DNA of 64,000 bases from Mobula hypostoma (lineage: Eukaryota), in the NCBI RefSeq assembly GCF_963921235.1, contig NC_086097.1:114392001-114456000 (forward strand), in the 5' to 3' direction. The notes beneath the pieces were generated by a model, which worked only from the letters and a program-made list of their open reading frames with translations, ran no database searches and was not told the DNA's origin. The position numbers were made by a program, and so were the translations under genes. Shown here one piece after another: positions 25,273 through 38,410 of the stretch. Every line of letters starts with the position of its first letter. The stretch's first letter is position 1.

Positions 25273-26860
25273 TGGTATTGGTTTGCTAATCATAATGTTC
25301 TAAACTCAACAAAGATCTTAAGCCTTATGAAATATAGATAGCTACGGAAACCCTCACTAAAGGGAGATTATACTCTAACTACTTATTCTTCAAAGACTAG
25401 TTTACTTCTCAATGTATCCTCCACGGAGAGTTTAGTTGCCAGTACCCACTATATGAGTAGGGGGACCCTCACCCTCCTCTATACCAAGAGGAGATGCTTT
25501 CGGCTGACAAAGTATTTTAAACGCAGTTCATTTAGTTTTAGTGATTCACTTTTAAATCCAGAAAATTTCTTAAAACACATTTAAAACTCACAGAGGTTTC
25601 CTATCTTAACAAATGACAAACAATTTCTAAAACAAAGAAGGATTTACAATTCCTTTAAACTGAAAAGACATGCCAACAATGCAAATGAACAAATCTTCCA
25701 TCACAGAAATTTAAGGAATGGATTCTAATTCACCCAGTCTTTCTGTCATTCTTCTTGGTATTCTTGAACCATTCCTAATAAGCTTGAATACTCGATATTT
25801 TTAATGTTTTTTCTGCTACTTGGGTGACCTTAAGCATATATAACATTTTTTTTCAGATACCTTTTTACACAAATGATCTAAAAGCATCTGGAGACAGAAT
25901 TCCCAAGTACCCACAACCAATGATATGAAGCTGACTCTCTGAGTATACAAACCGTCCTACTATTAACAGATCAACTATATGATATGCTAAATGATAATTT
26001 CAATCTGGTCTACAAGCTTCATTGCACTAAATAATTTAGCCACATTGTCTAGCTTGAAAGAAGCCTGATTAAATAACCTCATTTTCTTACACTGTAACTC
26101 TTGAGTAATCAGCCCTGGTGCTATTAAACTACATCCTGTGTCTTCAGACAGTATATTTATATGTTTGCAAAGCTGTCCTTCAAACTTCAAACTGATAATT
26201 GCTTTCTATTTACATTAGGAACTGAAGACCAGCTCCTGTATATGCCAAGAAGCTAAATAGAGAATATTGGTTGGAAGTTTCGCTTACTCAGAAACAATAC
26301 TTTGATCTCTAGAAGTTTCAACTGCTAAGTTAGAAATCTGAACTTGGCAAAAAAAGAAAGAAAGGCCCCCGACTCTAGGCAGTGAATATCTATCATCCCC
26401 CTCCACCTTTTTGCTGTGAAAATTTCTAACCCAGTTTCTCTCTTTATGGAAATCAATTTTGAGATTTGACTCCTCTTGGGAGCAGACAAAAACTCCACCA
26501 ACCACTCCAGTGTTAGAAGAGCTCTCCGTGATCTGATGCTCAAAAAATACATTGAGTGCCTCTCAATGTAGGGTTTATCTGATTTTCTCTTTAGAGTATT
26601 CATTTTCTTAATCTCAACTGTACACATTTCTGAAACCTCAAAGGATTGTTTCTGTAATGATTTTCCGTGAAGGTGTGACGACTCATCAAAGTCCATATTA
26701 GTCCATCTTTCAGGTTTTCTTCTTCACAAACATTTCTTGCCGTTTCCTTGATGCAAGTTTTGATCACTGTCTTTGTTGCCATTACTTTGTCAGGTCAGCT
26801 GGTAATGTCTTTCACTGATCTGAAGATATCTTTCACAGGGGTGTTCATGTTGCTTTTGAT

Positions 26861-26960
26861 GTGGTGAGAAGAATTGACACAACTTCCCAACCTTTGTGTT
26901 TTCCCAGGACACTTTAACTAACCAAGGGTTTAACCAGTCTGTTCTGTCAGACCATGGGAC
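26861..26960 (-). pseudogene. Possible influenza-like nucleoprotein (NP) C-terminal remnant
   Basis: WSDRTDWLNPWLVKVSWENTKVGKLCQFF vs [24 protein letters not shown]; lies immediately before the PB2 terminal motif. Confidence 0.35.
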
Positions 26961-29900
26961 TTCTTTTTTTTAATTTTTAAAAATCAAACAAACAAAAAAA
27001 CAAAAAAAAGCACATCCATAAAAACCACAACCATAACAAAATCAAATTGAATATTGAGCAGCAAAAGGGAGAAAAATATAAAGGCAAAAGTAAACGTACA
27101 CAGCAGAGGTACACCACACCAAAAAACCTCAGTCCTCACCCCGTAAGAAAGTCCAATACAGGGCCCCATATCCTTTCAAAGATGTCCCCTCTGTCCTCAT
27201 TATATAGCCTCAGTCTCTCCAAATGTAAAGTATTTGCCAGTTCTCTCAGCCACAGATCGTACATGGGCACAGAGTCCATTTTCCACATTTGCAGGATTAA
27301 CTTCTTAGCAATCACCATTCCAAACAATACAGCTATTTTTTCATACATATTGGCTGAAGATAGAGAGCTTGTTGCTCCAAGGATGGCTATGAGAGGGTCT
27401 GGTTCACACCGCTTCCCAAAAGCCTCAGAGAAACAGTGAAAAATACTTTTCCAGTATGCATAAAGCTTACAACATGACCAGAATGAATGTGACAAGTTAC
27501 TGTTCACAGATTTACATCTATTACAAACTAGTGAAACATCAGGGTAGAAACCGTGCAACTTTCCTTTGGAATAATGAAGTCTATGTATTGTTTTAAACCG
27601 TATAACTCTGTGTCTGACATTGACCAAACAATCATGTATACTCTTTAAACACTCTCCCAGACCTCCTCTGTCAGTTCTATACCCAGTTGATCCACCCATG
27701 CCTGTTTGAAACCTGCAGTATTCACCCGAGCTCCATTATGTAGGATCTGATAAAAATAGGATAGCACACTATGAGTAACAGGGTCAAATTTATTTATTGC
27801 CTCCAGGGACTCATGTTTGTCTAAGACTTCGAAGTTAGGTATATATTTCTTAACATAATCTCGAATTTGTAAATATCTAAAAGCACTAGATGCAGGGGTA
27901 TTGCAAACTGCTTGCAACTGCACAAATGAGGCAAAGTTTCCATTAGTATATAGGTTACCTATACTACAGATGCCTGTTTGCAGGTAGAAAAAACAGTATC
28001 ATTCAGGCCAGGCAAAAAGGAATGATTGTCACAAATCGGAGTGTTAATATAAAGTTTTTGGGGCCTTAATGTGTAGTTGAATCTGCTTCCAAATCTTTAT
28101 AGTGCTGCCAGCCACGAAGCTGTTACTAAACTGTGACTTATTAACTGCAGTGGGGCTATTAAGGAGAGCTGGTAAGGAAGTCTTCTTACAACTCGCTCTA
28201 TGAGTAACCATGCTGGGACGAGTCTGAGGTAGAGGGTGAGCCTTTTTTCCACCATGCAAGAATGGTTAGGTGGGCAGCCCAGTAATACATTGTCAATAGG
28301 ACAAAACCACCTGCTTCCCTGGGCTTTGACAAGTGCTTTTAGTAATTCCAATGATTTTATAATTCCAAATGAAGGGTATAATAATTGAATCCAATTGTTT
28401 AAAATATGACAGAGGAATAAATCATGGAATTGGCTGGAAAAGATGAAGAAATTGTGGCAGTACAATCATCTTGATTGCATTAACCCTCCCCACCAAAGAA
28501 ATTGGAAGGGTTTTCCAAAAGTCAATATTGCGTTTAACCTGCTCAGCTTTGTTTCGCCAATTCACTTGCAAAAGGTCATCTGGGGTTTTCGTAATAGTCA
28601 CACCAAGATAGGAAAAATTATCATAAGTTATTTTAAAGGGAATGGACTGTAAGTACACTGTATTAACCACTGCAGTGACTGGCATTAGTTTACTCTTATC
28701 CCAATTAATAGAGAAACCCGAGAAACTACCAAAACTATTAATTAGAGTTAGAAGGGTGGGTATTGATGTTTGTGGGCTGGAGATAAATAAAAAGACATCG
28801 TCAGTGTATAACGAAAGGTGATGTTTATGTCCATGCATATCAATGGGAGAAATCAAAGGGTCCTGTCTGATGCTAACAGCCAGTGGCTCAATGATAACTG
28901 CAAACAAAAACGGAGAAAGCGGGCAGACTTGACGAGTCCCACGATGAATTGCAAAAGGGGAGGAAATATTCTGATTAGTGATAATAGAAGCATATGGGTG
29001 TGAATAAATTATCTCAATCCATTTAATGAAAGATGGTCCAAATCCATAAGTGCAAACATCATATATGGCCATTCCACTTGGTCGAACGCATGTTGCGCAT
29101 CTAATGAAATGACTACAGCCTCTTCTGCATGTTTTATATATAAAATATTGAAAAGACGACGCAAATTAAAATACATACTTCTACCTGACATAAAGCCAGT
29201 CTGATCTGGATGAATAATAGAACAAATGCATTCTTTTAAGCTATTGGCCAGGACTTTCCCAAGAATTTTGGTTTCAATGGGCAGCAGCAAAATGGGGCAA
29301 TATGATGAAACCACCTCGGGATCACTGCCTGGTTTTGGAATCAGAGAAACATTGGCTTTACATAAAGTGGGTGGCAATCTGGAAACTATCCTAGAGTGAT
29401 TCAACATTCGTAAAAGCAGAGGTTACAATTTTGGACCAAATACTTTGAAGAATTTCATGCTAAAAGTATCCGGACTTGATGCCTTATTATTGGGGAGGGA
29501 AGAGATGACCTTCTTGATCTCATCTAGGCTTATATCAGCATCAAGTGTATTTACCGAATCTGTTGACAGCGTGGGCAGATTCAGATGATCAAGAAATGCA
29601 TCCATAGTTTCAACGTCCGGACCGCCTTGTGATTGGTAAACATTAGCATAGAACTCCACAAAACACTTATTAATTTTTTTCCGGGTCCGTCAATAAAAAG
29701 CCATCTTTCGCCTTTATGCGATGTATGGCCCTGGAGGCCTGCATCTGTCTTAACTGACGGGCTAATAACTTATGGGGCTTTTCACCAAGCTCAAAATACC
29801 TCTGTCTGACTTGTGTCAGTAGTTTTGAAACACTCTTGGACATTATAGAATTATACTCATACCGTAAGGCAGTAATCTTATTAAGTAATTCTGCCTCCTG

Positions 29901-30580
29901 GTTTATTTTGTAAGAAGCTTCCAGATTTGCCAACTGATCATCCATTTCAGTTAACCTGTTCTTGAACCTTCTTTTTTCCGCTGTCTCATATGCTATTATG
30001 CAACCTCTAATAACCGCCTTCACGGCCTCCCAAGGAGTGGTTTTTTTATTAGGATTGCAACACCTCTAGTATTAGTACTAAAATTCGACTGGTAGACCTG
30101 AGAAGCCCAGGAGGGACAAAGCATTTTCGCTGCTGTTTTCTTAATGTGCGTTTCTTGGAGAAAACAAGTATCAGCTTTGAGAGTACGAAGATGTGCATAC
30201 ACCTTCCCTCTCTTCAGTGGACTATTCGTCCCCCATACATTCCAGCTGACAAGTTTAGTCTCACCAGTGCTGTGCGTATGCAAATTAGATGTCATATCTG
30301 CTGCTTAACAAAAAAAATATGCTGTATGGTCGTGGCATAACACAAACTGTAACTTGAACAAATAGATGTGCTGTAACAACCCCTCGAGAAACACAAAAAA
30401 CCCTCCCAAAAAATAAAAACACACCAGGGGTAGTACTTCCATACGCCTAACCTAGAGTCAAAGCTATATCCAAGAGCCAACACATGGCCCGAAATAGCGA
30501 AATAACTACCCATTACTCACGAAACACGGGAGAAACACCTGTTCACAAATACACTATGAAATATAAAAATAAACAATAAC
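26961..30580 (-). mobile_element. L1-clade LINE (ORF2 pseudogene, 5'-truncated)
   Basis: APE endonuclease LVSWNV..CFLQETH (30020-30295), RT DQTGF..SLDA..AFD / GTRQ.CPLSP / LYTDD, C-terminal CNRC..HSFWSC; A-rich tail at ~26961-26985. Confidence 0.9.
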
Positions 30581-30582
30581 AA

Positions 30583-32330
30583 TCAGTCCTCCAACCAACA
30601 CACATAAAAATTGTTGGTGAATGCAGCAGGCCAGGCAGCATCTATAGGAAGATGTACAGTGGACGTTTCGGGCCGAGACCCTTTGTCAGGACTAACTAAA
30701 AGAAGAGCTAGTAAGAGGTTTGAAAGTTGGAGGGGGAGGGGGAGATCTGAAATGATACGAGAAGACAGGAGGGGGAGGGATGGAGCCAAGAGCTGGACAG
30801 GTGATTGGCAAAGGGGATATGAGAGGATGATGGGACGGGAGGCCTAGGGAGAAAGAAAGGGGGAGGGGGGAAGCCCAGAGGATGGGCAAGGAGTACAGTG
30901 AGAGGGACAGAGGGAGAAAAAGAATATAAATAACTGATGGGGTACGAAGGAGAGGTGTGGCAATAATGGAAGTTAGAGAACTCAATGTTCACCCCATCAG
31001 GTTGGAGGCTACCCAGACAGAATACAAGGTGTTGTTCCTCCAACCTGAGTGTGGCTTCATCTTTACAGTAGAGGAGACAGTGGATAGACATATCAGAATG
31101 GGAATGGGACATGGAATTAAAATGTGTGGCCACTGGGAGATCCTGCTTTCGCTGGCAGACAGAGCGTAGGTGTTCAGCGAAACTGTCTCCCAGCCTGCGT
31201 CAGATCTCACCAATATATAGAAAGCCGCATCAGGGGCACCGGACGCAGTATATCACCCCAGCTGACTCACAGGTGAAGTGTCGCCTCACCTGGAAGGACT
31301 GTCTGGGGCCCTGAATGGTGGCGAGGGAGGAAGTGTAAGGGCATGTGTAGCACTTGTTCCGCTTATAAGGATAAGTGCCAGGAGGGAGATCGGTGGGAAG
31401 GGATGGGGGGGATGAATGGACAGGAGTCACTTAGGGAGCGATCCCTCCAGAAAGCAGGGGAGGGGGGTGGGAAAGATGTGCTTAGTGGTGGGATCCAGTT
31501 GGAGGTGGCGGAAGTTACGGAGAATAATATGTTGGACCTGGAGGCTAGTGGGGTGGTAGGTGAGGACAAGGGGAACCCTATTCCTAGTGGGGTGGCGGGA
31601 GGATGGGGTGAGAGCAGATGTGCGTGAAATGGGAGAGGTGCATTTGAGAGCAGAGTTGATGGTGGAAGAAGGGAAGCCCCTTTCCTTAAAAATGGAGGAC
31701 ATCTTCTTTGTCCTGGAATGAAAAGTCTCATCCTGAGAGCAGATGCGGCAGAGACAGAGGAATTGCGAGAAGGGGATGGCATTTTTGCAAGAGACAGGGT
31801 GAGAAGAGGAATAGTCCAGGTAGCTGTGAGAGTCAGTAGGCTTATAGTAGACATCAGTAGATAAGCTGTCTCCAGAGATAGAGACAGATAGGTCAAGAAA
31901 GGGGAGCAAGGTGTCGGAAATGGACCAGGTAAACTTGAGGGCAGGGTGAAAGTTGGAGGCAAAGTTAATGAAGTCAACGAGCTCAGCACGCGTGCAGGAA
32001 GCAGCGCCAATGCAGTCGTCGATGTAGTGAAGGAAAAGTGGGGAAAAGATACCAGAATAGGCACGGAACATAGATTGTTCCACAAAGCCAACAAAAAGGC
32101 AGGCATAGCTGGGACCCATATGGGTACCCATGGCTACACCTATAGTTTGGAGGAAGTGGGAGGAGCCAAAGGAGAAATTATTAAGAGTAAGTGCTAATTC
32201 CGCTAGACGGAGCAGAGTGGTGGTAGAGAGGAACTGATTAGGTCTGGAATCCTAAAAGAAGCGGAGAGCTTTGAGACCTTCCTGGTGAGGGATGGAAGTT
32301 TATAAGGAGTAGACATCCATGGTGAAAATA
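30583..32330 (-). mobile_element. Penelope-like retroelement (RT + GIY-YIG)
   Basis: MGTHMGPSYACLF, HYIDD, LPFLDL, VYYKPTDSHSYL, then a GIY-YIG region with CES.GVIYCVRC. Confidence 0.88.
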
Positions 32331-32334
32331 AGGA

Positions 32335-33285
32335 CACTGGGCCTGGGCTAGGACTAAGACTAGGAAAGCGGTACCAGGACACAGAACTTGGAACTAGGAG
32401 CCTGAGCTAGGACTCCGAGCCAGAGACTGGACAGGGACCCGGAACCTGGGTCTTGACTCGGGCTCGGACCCTGGATCTAGGCGAGGACGAGACGTGGCTA
32501 CAGGACTGGACGTGGAACTCCTGCACAGGACGAGAACACAAAGCCTTGACTTGGACAGGATGAGATTCTTGGACTAGGCTTAGACAAGACGAGGTTCTAG
32601 GACTTGGCTTGGACTAGATGAGGTACTTGGAAGTGGCTTGGACTAGACGAGGTACTTGGACATGGCATGGATTAGACGAGGGACTCCTGGACTGGACGAG
32701 AGACTCCTGGACTGGACGAGGAAACTCCAGCACATGACGAGGGAACTCCAGCACAGGATGAGGAATCTCCAGCGCAGGACAAGGGAATCTCCAGCACTAG
32801 GCTGGGCGAGATACTCCAGCACAGGATGTGGCTCTTGGACGAGGTTTGGCTTGGTTCTTGGACTCAGCTTGATTAGGCTTTTGGGTATGGAGCTGGGACC
32901 CTCCTTGGATCGCAGGGCCGGGACACTTCAAGGTCGCAGGGACCAGACCCTTTCTAGGATGCAGGGCCGGGTCCCTTTCTAGGAGGCAGGGCCAGGACGC
33001 TTTCTAGGACGCATGGCCAAGATGACTGCTGAGGATACTTGACAAGGTGACTGCCGAGGAAACCGCCGAGGAAACTGTCGGGGGTTCAGATGGGGAGGGG
33101 AAGGGAACAGTCCAGCAAAAGAAGCTGAATCCCAAAGCTATATATGTAGCCAACCCAAAACTAGAATCCGGTCCCTCGATTAAGGAGCCCAACGGAACCA
33201 GGCAAAACAGGGAAGAGACAAAATACGGATCAATGTTCAGGACCGTGAACAGGAATGCGGACTTCATGGACCGGACCATGACACC
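32335..33285 (-). mobile_element. LTR-retrotransposon LTR/leader-like region with short tandem repeats
   Basis: Reverse strand begins ...tggtccggtccatgaagtccgcattcc, similar to the plus-strand copy at 63470; internal ggac-gag-rich repeats. Confidence 0.55.
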
Positions 33286-35555
33286 TACAGCACAATACAG
33301 GCCCTTCCATCCACAAAGCTGTGCCTAACATGTCCTGACCTTAGAAATTACCTCGCGTTACCCATAGCTCTCTATTTTTCTGAGCTCCATGTACCTGTCC
33401 AGGAGTCTCTTAAAAGACCCTATCATATCCGCCTCCAGCACTGTCGCCGGCAGCCCATTCCATGGACTCACCACTCTCTGAGTGAAAAACTTAGCCCAGA
33501 CATCTCCTCTGTACCTACTTCCAAGCACCTTACAACAATGCTCTCTCGTGCTAGCCATTTCAGCCCTGGGAAAAAGCCTCTGACTATCCACATGATCAAT
33601 GCCTCTTATCATCTTATACACCTCTATCAGGTCACCTCTCATCCTCCGTTGCTCCAAGGAAAAAAGCCCGAGTTCACTCAACCTGTTCTCATAAGGCATG
33701 CTCCCCAATCCAGGCAACATCCTCGAAAATCTCCTCTGCACCCTTTCGATGGTTTCTATATCCTTCCTATAGTGAGGTGACCAGAACTGAGCACAGTACT
33801 CCAAGTGGGATCTGACCAGGGTTCAATATAACTGCAACATTATCTCTCGCTCTTAAACTCAATCCCACAATTGATGAAGGTCAATGCACCATCTGCTTTC
33901 TTAACCACAGAGTCAATCTAAGCAGCAGCTTTGAGTGTCTTATGGACTTGGACCCCAAGATCCCTCTGATCCTGCACACTGCCAAGAGTCTTACTGTAAA
34001 TAGTATATTCTGCTAGCATATTTGACCTACCAAAATGAACCACCTCACGCTTATCTGGGTTGAACTCCATCTGCCACTTCTCAGCCCAGATTTGCATCCT
34101 ATCAATGCCCAGCTGTCACCTCTGACTGCCCTCCATACTATCCATGACACCTCCAACCTTTGTTTCATCAGCAAATTTACTAACCCTTTCCTCCACTTCT
34201 TCATTCAGGTCATTTATAAAAATCACGAAGAGTAGGTGTCCCAGAACAGATCCTTGAGGCACACCATGGTCACTGGCCTCCATGCAGAATATGACCTGCC
34301 AACAACCACTCTTTGTCTTCTGTGGGCAAGCTAGTTCTGCATCCACAAAGCAATGTCCACTTGCATCCCACACCTCCTTACTTTCTCAATAAGCCTTGCA
34401 TGGGGTACCTTGTCAAATGCTTTGCTGAAATCCATATACACTACAGCTACTGCTCTACCTTCATCAATGTGTTTAGTCACATCCTCAAAAAATTCAATCA
34501 GGCTTGTAAGTCATGATCTGCCTTTGACAAAGCCATGCCAACTATTCCTAATCATATTAAGCCTCTCTAAATGTTCATAAATTCTGCCTCTCAGGATCTT
34601 CTCAATCAACTTACTGAAGTAAGTCTGAAGAAAGATTCAGATGTCTATAATTTCTTGGGCTATCTCTACTCCTTTCCTTGAATAATGGAACAACATCCGC
34701 AACCCTCCAATCCTCCGGAACCTTTCCCATCCCCATGCAAAGATCATCGACAGAGTCTCAGCAATCTCCTCCCTCAACTCTCACAGTAGCCTGGAATACA
34801 TCTCGTCCGGTCCCGGTGACTTATCCAACTTGATACTTTCCAAAAGCTCCAGCACATCCTCTTTCTTAATATCTACATGCTCAAGCTTTTCACTCCACTG
34901 CAAGTCATCCCTACAATCGCCAAGGTCCTTTCTGAAGTGAATACTGAAGCAATGTTCTCATTAAGTACCTCTGCTATCTCCTCCGGTTCCATACACACTT
35001 TTCCATTGTCACACTTGATTGGTCCTATTCTCTCACGACTTATCCTCTTGCTCTTCACATACTAGTAGAATGCCTTGGGGTATTCCTTAATCCCATCCGC
35101 CAAGGCCTTCTCATGGCCCCTTCTGGCTCTCCTAATTTCATTCTTAAGCTCTTTTCTGCTAGCCTTATAATCTTCTAGATCTCTATCATTGCTTAGTTTT
35201 TTGAACCTTTCGTAAGCTCTTCTTTTTTTCTTGACTAGATTTATAACAGCCTTTGTACACTGCAGTTCTTGTACCCTACCATCCCTTTTCTGTCTTTTTG
35301 GAACGTACCTATGCAGAAATCCACACAAATATCTGCTGAACATTAATGTGTATCGTGAAGAGTACCAACCCCTGTGACACACTGCTCACCACTGATTGCC
35401 AACCAGAGTAATATCCATGTATCCCAACTCTCTGCTTTCTATTAGTTAACCAATCCTCTGTCCATGCTAATACATCAGCCCCAACTCTCTGCGTTCTTAT
35501 TTTATGGACAAGTTTTTTATGCGGCACTTCATCGAATGCCTTCTGAAAATGCAAG
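33285..35555 (-). mobile_element. CR1 LINE ORF2 fragments
   Basis: ARRGHEKALA..IK..PKAFY, GVPQGSVLG..LF..FIND, KFAD.TK, EYCAQFWSPH. Confidence 0.9.
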
Positions 35556-36099
35556 TAAGATGATATTTGTGAATGGTATTAGTCTGGTGTTAATTCAGGA
35601 TCCTGGCAATCCTTCCAGAAACCATCTCCCATCACTGCAGGTGCTCTGTGTCCTCCCACATTCCAAAGACAAAGCAGGTTAACTGGTCACATAACTGTAA
35701 CTGAGCGATCTGGGCTCGTTAGGCCAGAATCTCTACATATGCCGTGTCTTTACGTCTGTAAAAAATAAAACAGTTATCAGTGGAAACATTTAGGAATGGA
35801 ATTACAAGGATAAAGCCCCAGACTGGAAAAAAAGTTTTGTCCCATTTTGGTCACAGAATGTTATCCAAGGCTTGGAGGTATTGAAAATAAGAATCACAAT
35901 TACTCATATCTTATAAAATGTTACAAGGTCAAAAAAAAAGCAATGTTACAACCTACGAAACCTCCCACAGTCTTTGTACTCTGGCAGTTTTACACAATTT
36001 TTAACTCTTAACTTTCTGTAACTTCAACTTCTATGTCTTTATCACTACCCGTGATAGTAATGGGTGGGGATGGGGGAATGAAGAAAGAACCCTCCGGCC

Positions 36100-38410
36100 C
36101 CTTGGCTTTAACGAAAGCGACCGCGCCCCCTTCGTCCCAAGTAATGTCCTTGCCTTTACCCGACATCAGGGTAAACAAAGGGCGCATGATACGGGCTGCT
36201 GACGGGAGGAAGCGGTGGTAGAAGTTCACCGTACCAACGAATTCCTGCAGGCCTTTGACTGCGTTGGGCCGGGCGAAATGGCGGATCGCGTCTACCTTGG
36301 CGGGCAGAGGTGTTGCCCCGTCTTTGGTAATCCTGTGGCCCAAGAAGTCGATGGTGTCGAGTTCGAACTGACATTTGGCGGGGTTGATCGTGAGGCCAAA
36401 ATCACTCAGGCGGGAGTAGAGCTGGCGGAGGTGGGACAGATGCTCCTGACGACTACTGCTGGCTATGAGGATGTTGTCCAAATAGATGAACGCAAAGTCC
36501 AGGTCGCGTCCCACTGCATCCATTAGTTGCCGGAACGTCTGTGCGACATTCTTCAGGCTGAACGGCATTCGGAGGAATTTGAACAGGCCGAACGGGGCGA
36601 TGAGTGCTGTTTTGGGGATGTCTTCAGGGTGTACCGGGATTTGATGGTACCCCCGGACGAGGTCTACTTTGGAAAAGATGCTTGCCCCATGCAGGTTTGC
36701 TGCAAAGTCCTGTATGTGCAGCACGGGGTAGTGGTCTGGAGTTGTAGCCTCGTTTAGTCTGCGGTAGTCGCCGCATGGTCTCCAGCCCCCGGCTGCTTTG
36801 GGCACCATGTACAGCGGGGAGGCCCATGGGCTGTTGGACTGCCGTATGATCCCCAATTCCTCCATCCTCTTGAACTCCTCCTTCGCCAGTCGGAGCTTGT
36901 CCGGGGGTAGCCGTCGTGCGCGGGCATGGAGGGGTGGTCCCTGGGTCGGAATGTGGTGCTGTGCTCTGTGTCCGGGCATGGCTGCTGTGAACTGCAGTGC
37001 CAGAACCGATGGAAACTCCGCCAGGATTCTGGTGAATTCATTGTCAGACAGTGTGATAGAATCCAGGTGTGGGGCCGGCAACTTGGCTTCACTCAGGGAG
37101 AACATCTGGAAAGTCTTGGCATGGACCAGTCTTTTCCCTTGCAAGTCGACCAGCAGGCTGTGAGCTCGCAAGAAGTCCGCCCCCAGGAGTGGTTGGGCCA
37201 CGGCGGCCAGTGTGAAGTCCCACGTGAACCGGCTGGCGCCAAACTGTAGCCGCACCGTGCGGGTGCCATAGGTCCGAATCGTGCTGCCGTTTATGGCCCT
37301 CAGGGTGGGTCGTGTCGCCCTGTTGCGGGTGTCAAACCCCATCGGGGGTAAGATGCTGATCTCCACTCCGGTGTCGACCAAGAAGCGGCGTCCTGAATGT
37401 TTGTCCCAGACGTACGGGAGGCTGTCCTGGAGGCCAGCCACCATAGCCATTAGCGGCGGCTGACCCTGGCGTTTCCCGGGAACTTACAGGGCGGGCGACA
37501 ATGGCGGGCTTCTGTGCCCCACTGCTGGTGGTAGAAACACCACTGCTCATTGGCCTCCTCACTCCTGCCTCAGGGTTGTGTGCGCTCGGTTGCCGGGCCT
37601 GGTCTGGCCTGCTGTTGAGCGCGTGGCTTGGTAATCTGTCCGACGGACGCCCCGCTCTCCCTCTTGGCTTTCCACAGCGTGTCTGCCCGGGCTACCACCT
37701 TCCGGGGGTCACTGAAATCTGTGTTGGCCAGCAGCAGATGTATGTCCTCGGGCAGTTGTTCTAGGAACACCTGCTCAAACATGAGGCAGGGCTTGTGTCC
37801 TTCAGCCAGGGCCAGCATCTCGTTCATTAATGCTGACGGCGGCCTGACTCCCAAACCATCCATGTGCAGCAAGCGGACACCTCGCTCATGCCATGAGAGG
37901 CCAAAGGTCTCTATGAGCAGCGCTTTGAATGCTGCATATTTGCCTTCTTCGGGGGGTGACTGTATGAAATCCCCAACCCGTGCGGCTGTCTCCTGGTCAA
38001 GAGAGCTCACCACGTAATAGGAATGCGTAGAATCCGAAGATATCTGCTGAATCTGGAACTGGGCTTCTGCTTGGTCAAACCACGCGCATGGTTGCAGCGT
38101 CCAGAAAGTTGGCAGTTTTAGCGAAACTGCGTGAACAGATGAAGAGTCAATTGTCTTGGTCCAAATCCCGTTTCGACCATCGGTATCACCAATGTAGCGA
38201 TGTGCTACATACAGAGCTAGATATAATGACACGCGGTCTGTAAGTCGCACTCGAGACTCGCTTATTCAAACTTCGCGGCACTGGCTTTTAAGCAATTCCC
38301 CTCCAGCCCTCTCTGGATAGAAATGACGTCAGAGGTGCAATACAAAAGTCTCTCCCCGCGCGCGGGCTATTTTGTGAGCCGGTTCGCTTGTGTAGAAGGT
38401 GAGTCACCAC
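36100..38410 (-). mobile_element. Young Gypsy LTR retrotransposon (5' LTR, gag, pro-RT), 3'-truncated
   Basis: gag KLPTFW..WF.QAEAQF (37570-38170); pol FLVDTG, WASPL, DYRRLN, FSKVDL, IYLDN (36100-37450); LTR ~38192-38410. Confidence 0.92.

Larger units (their letters stand above)
24048..26848 (-). pseudogene. Endogenous influenza-like polymerase PB2, near full length, many stops/frameshifts, two TE insertions
   Basis: More than 15 colinear motif matches from EEENLKDGLIW (QEKNPALRMKW) to GQKCN..LLLMR (GEKAN..VLVMK). About 2.35 kb remains after removing the insertions. Confidence 0.85.

Noticed and set aside
26961..30580. Adjacent L1 as the integrating agent (3' transduction)
   Set aside because: The L1 is much less decayed than the viral DNA, and viral sequence lies on both sides of it.
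31363..32106. 247-aa Ser/Pro/Leu-rich ORF as a separate gene
   Set aside because: Alternative frame of the Penelope RT.
32340..33010. Short spaced repeats as a CRISPR-like array or repetitive protein
   Set aside because: Degenerate tandem repeats without unique spacers inside an LTR-element leader, in a eukaryotic context.
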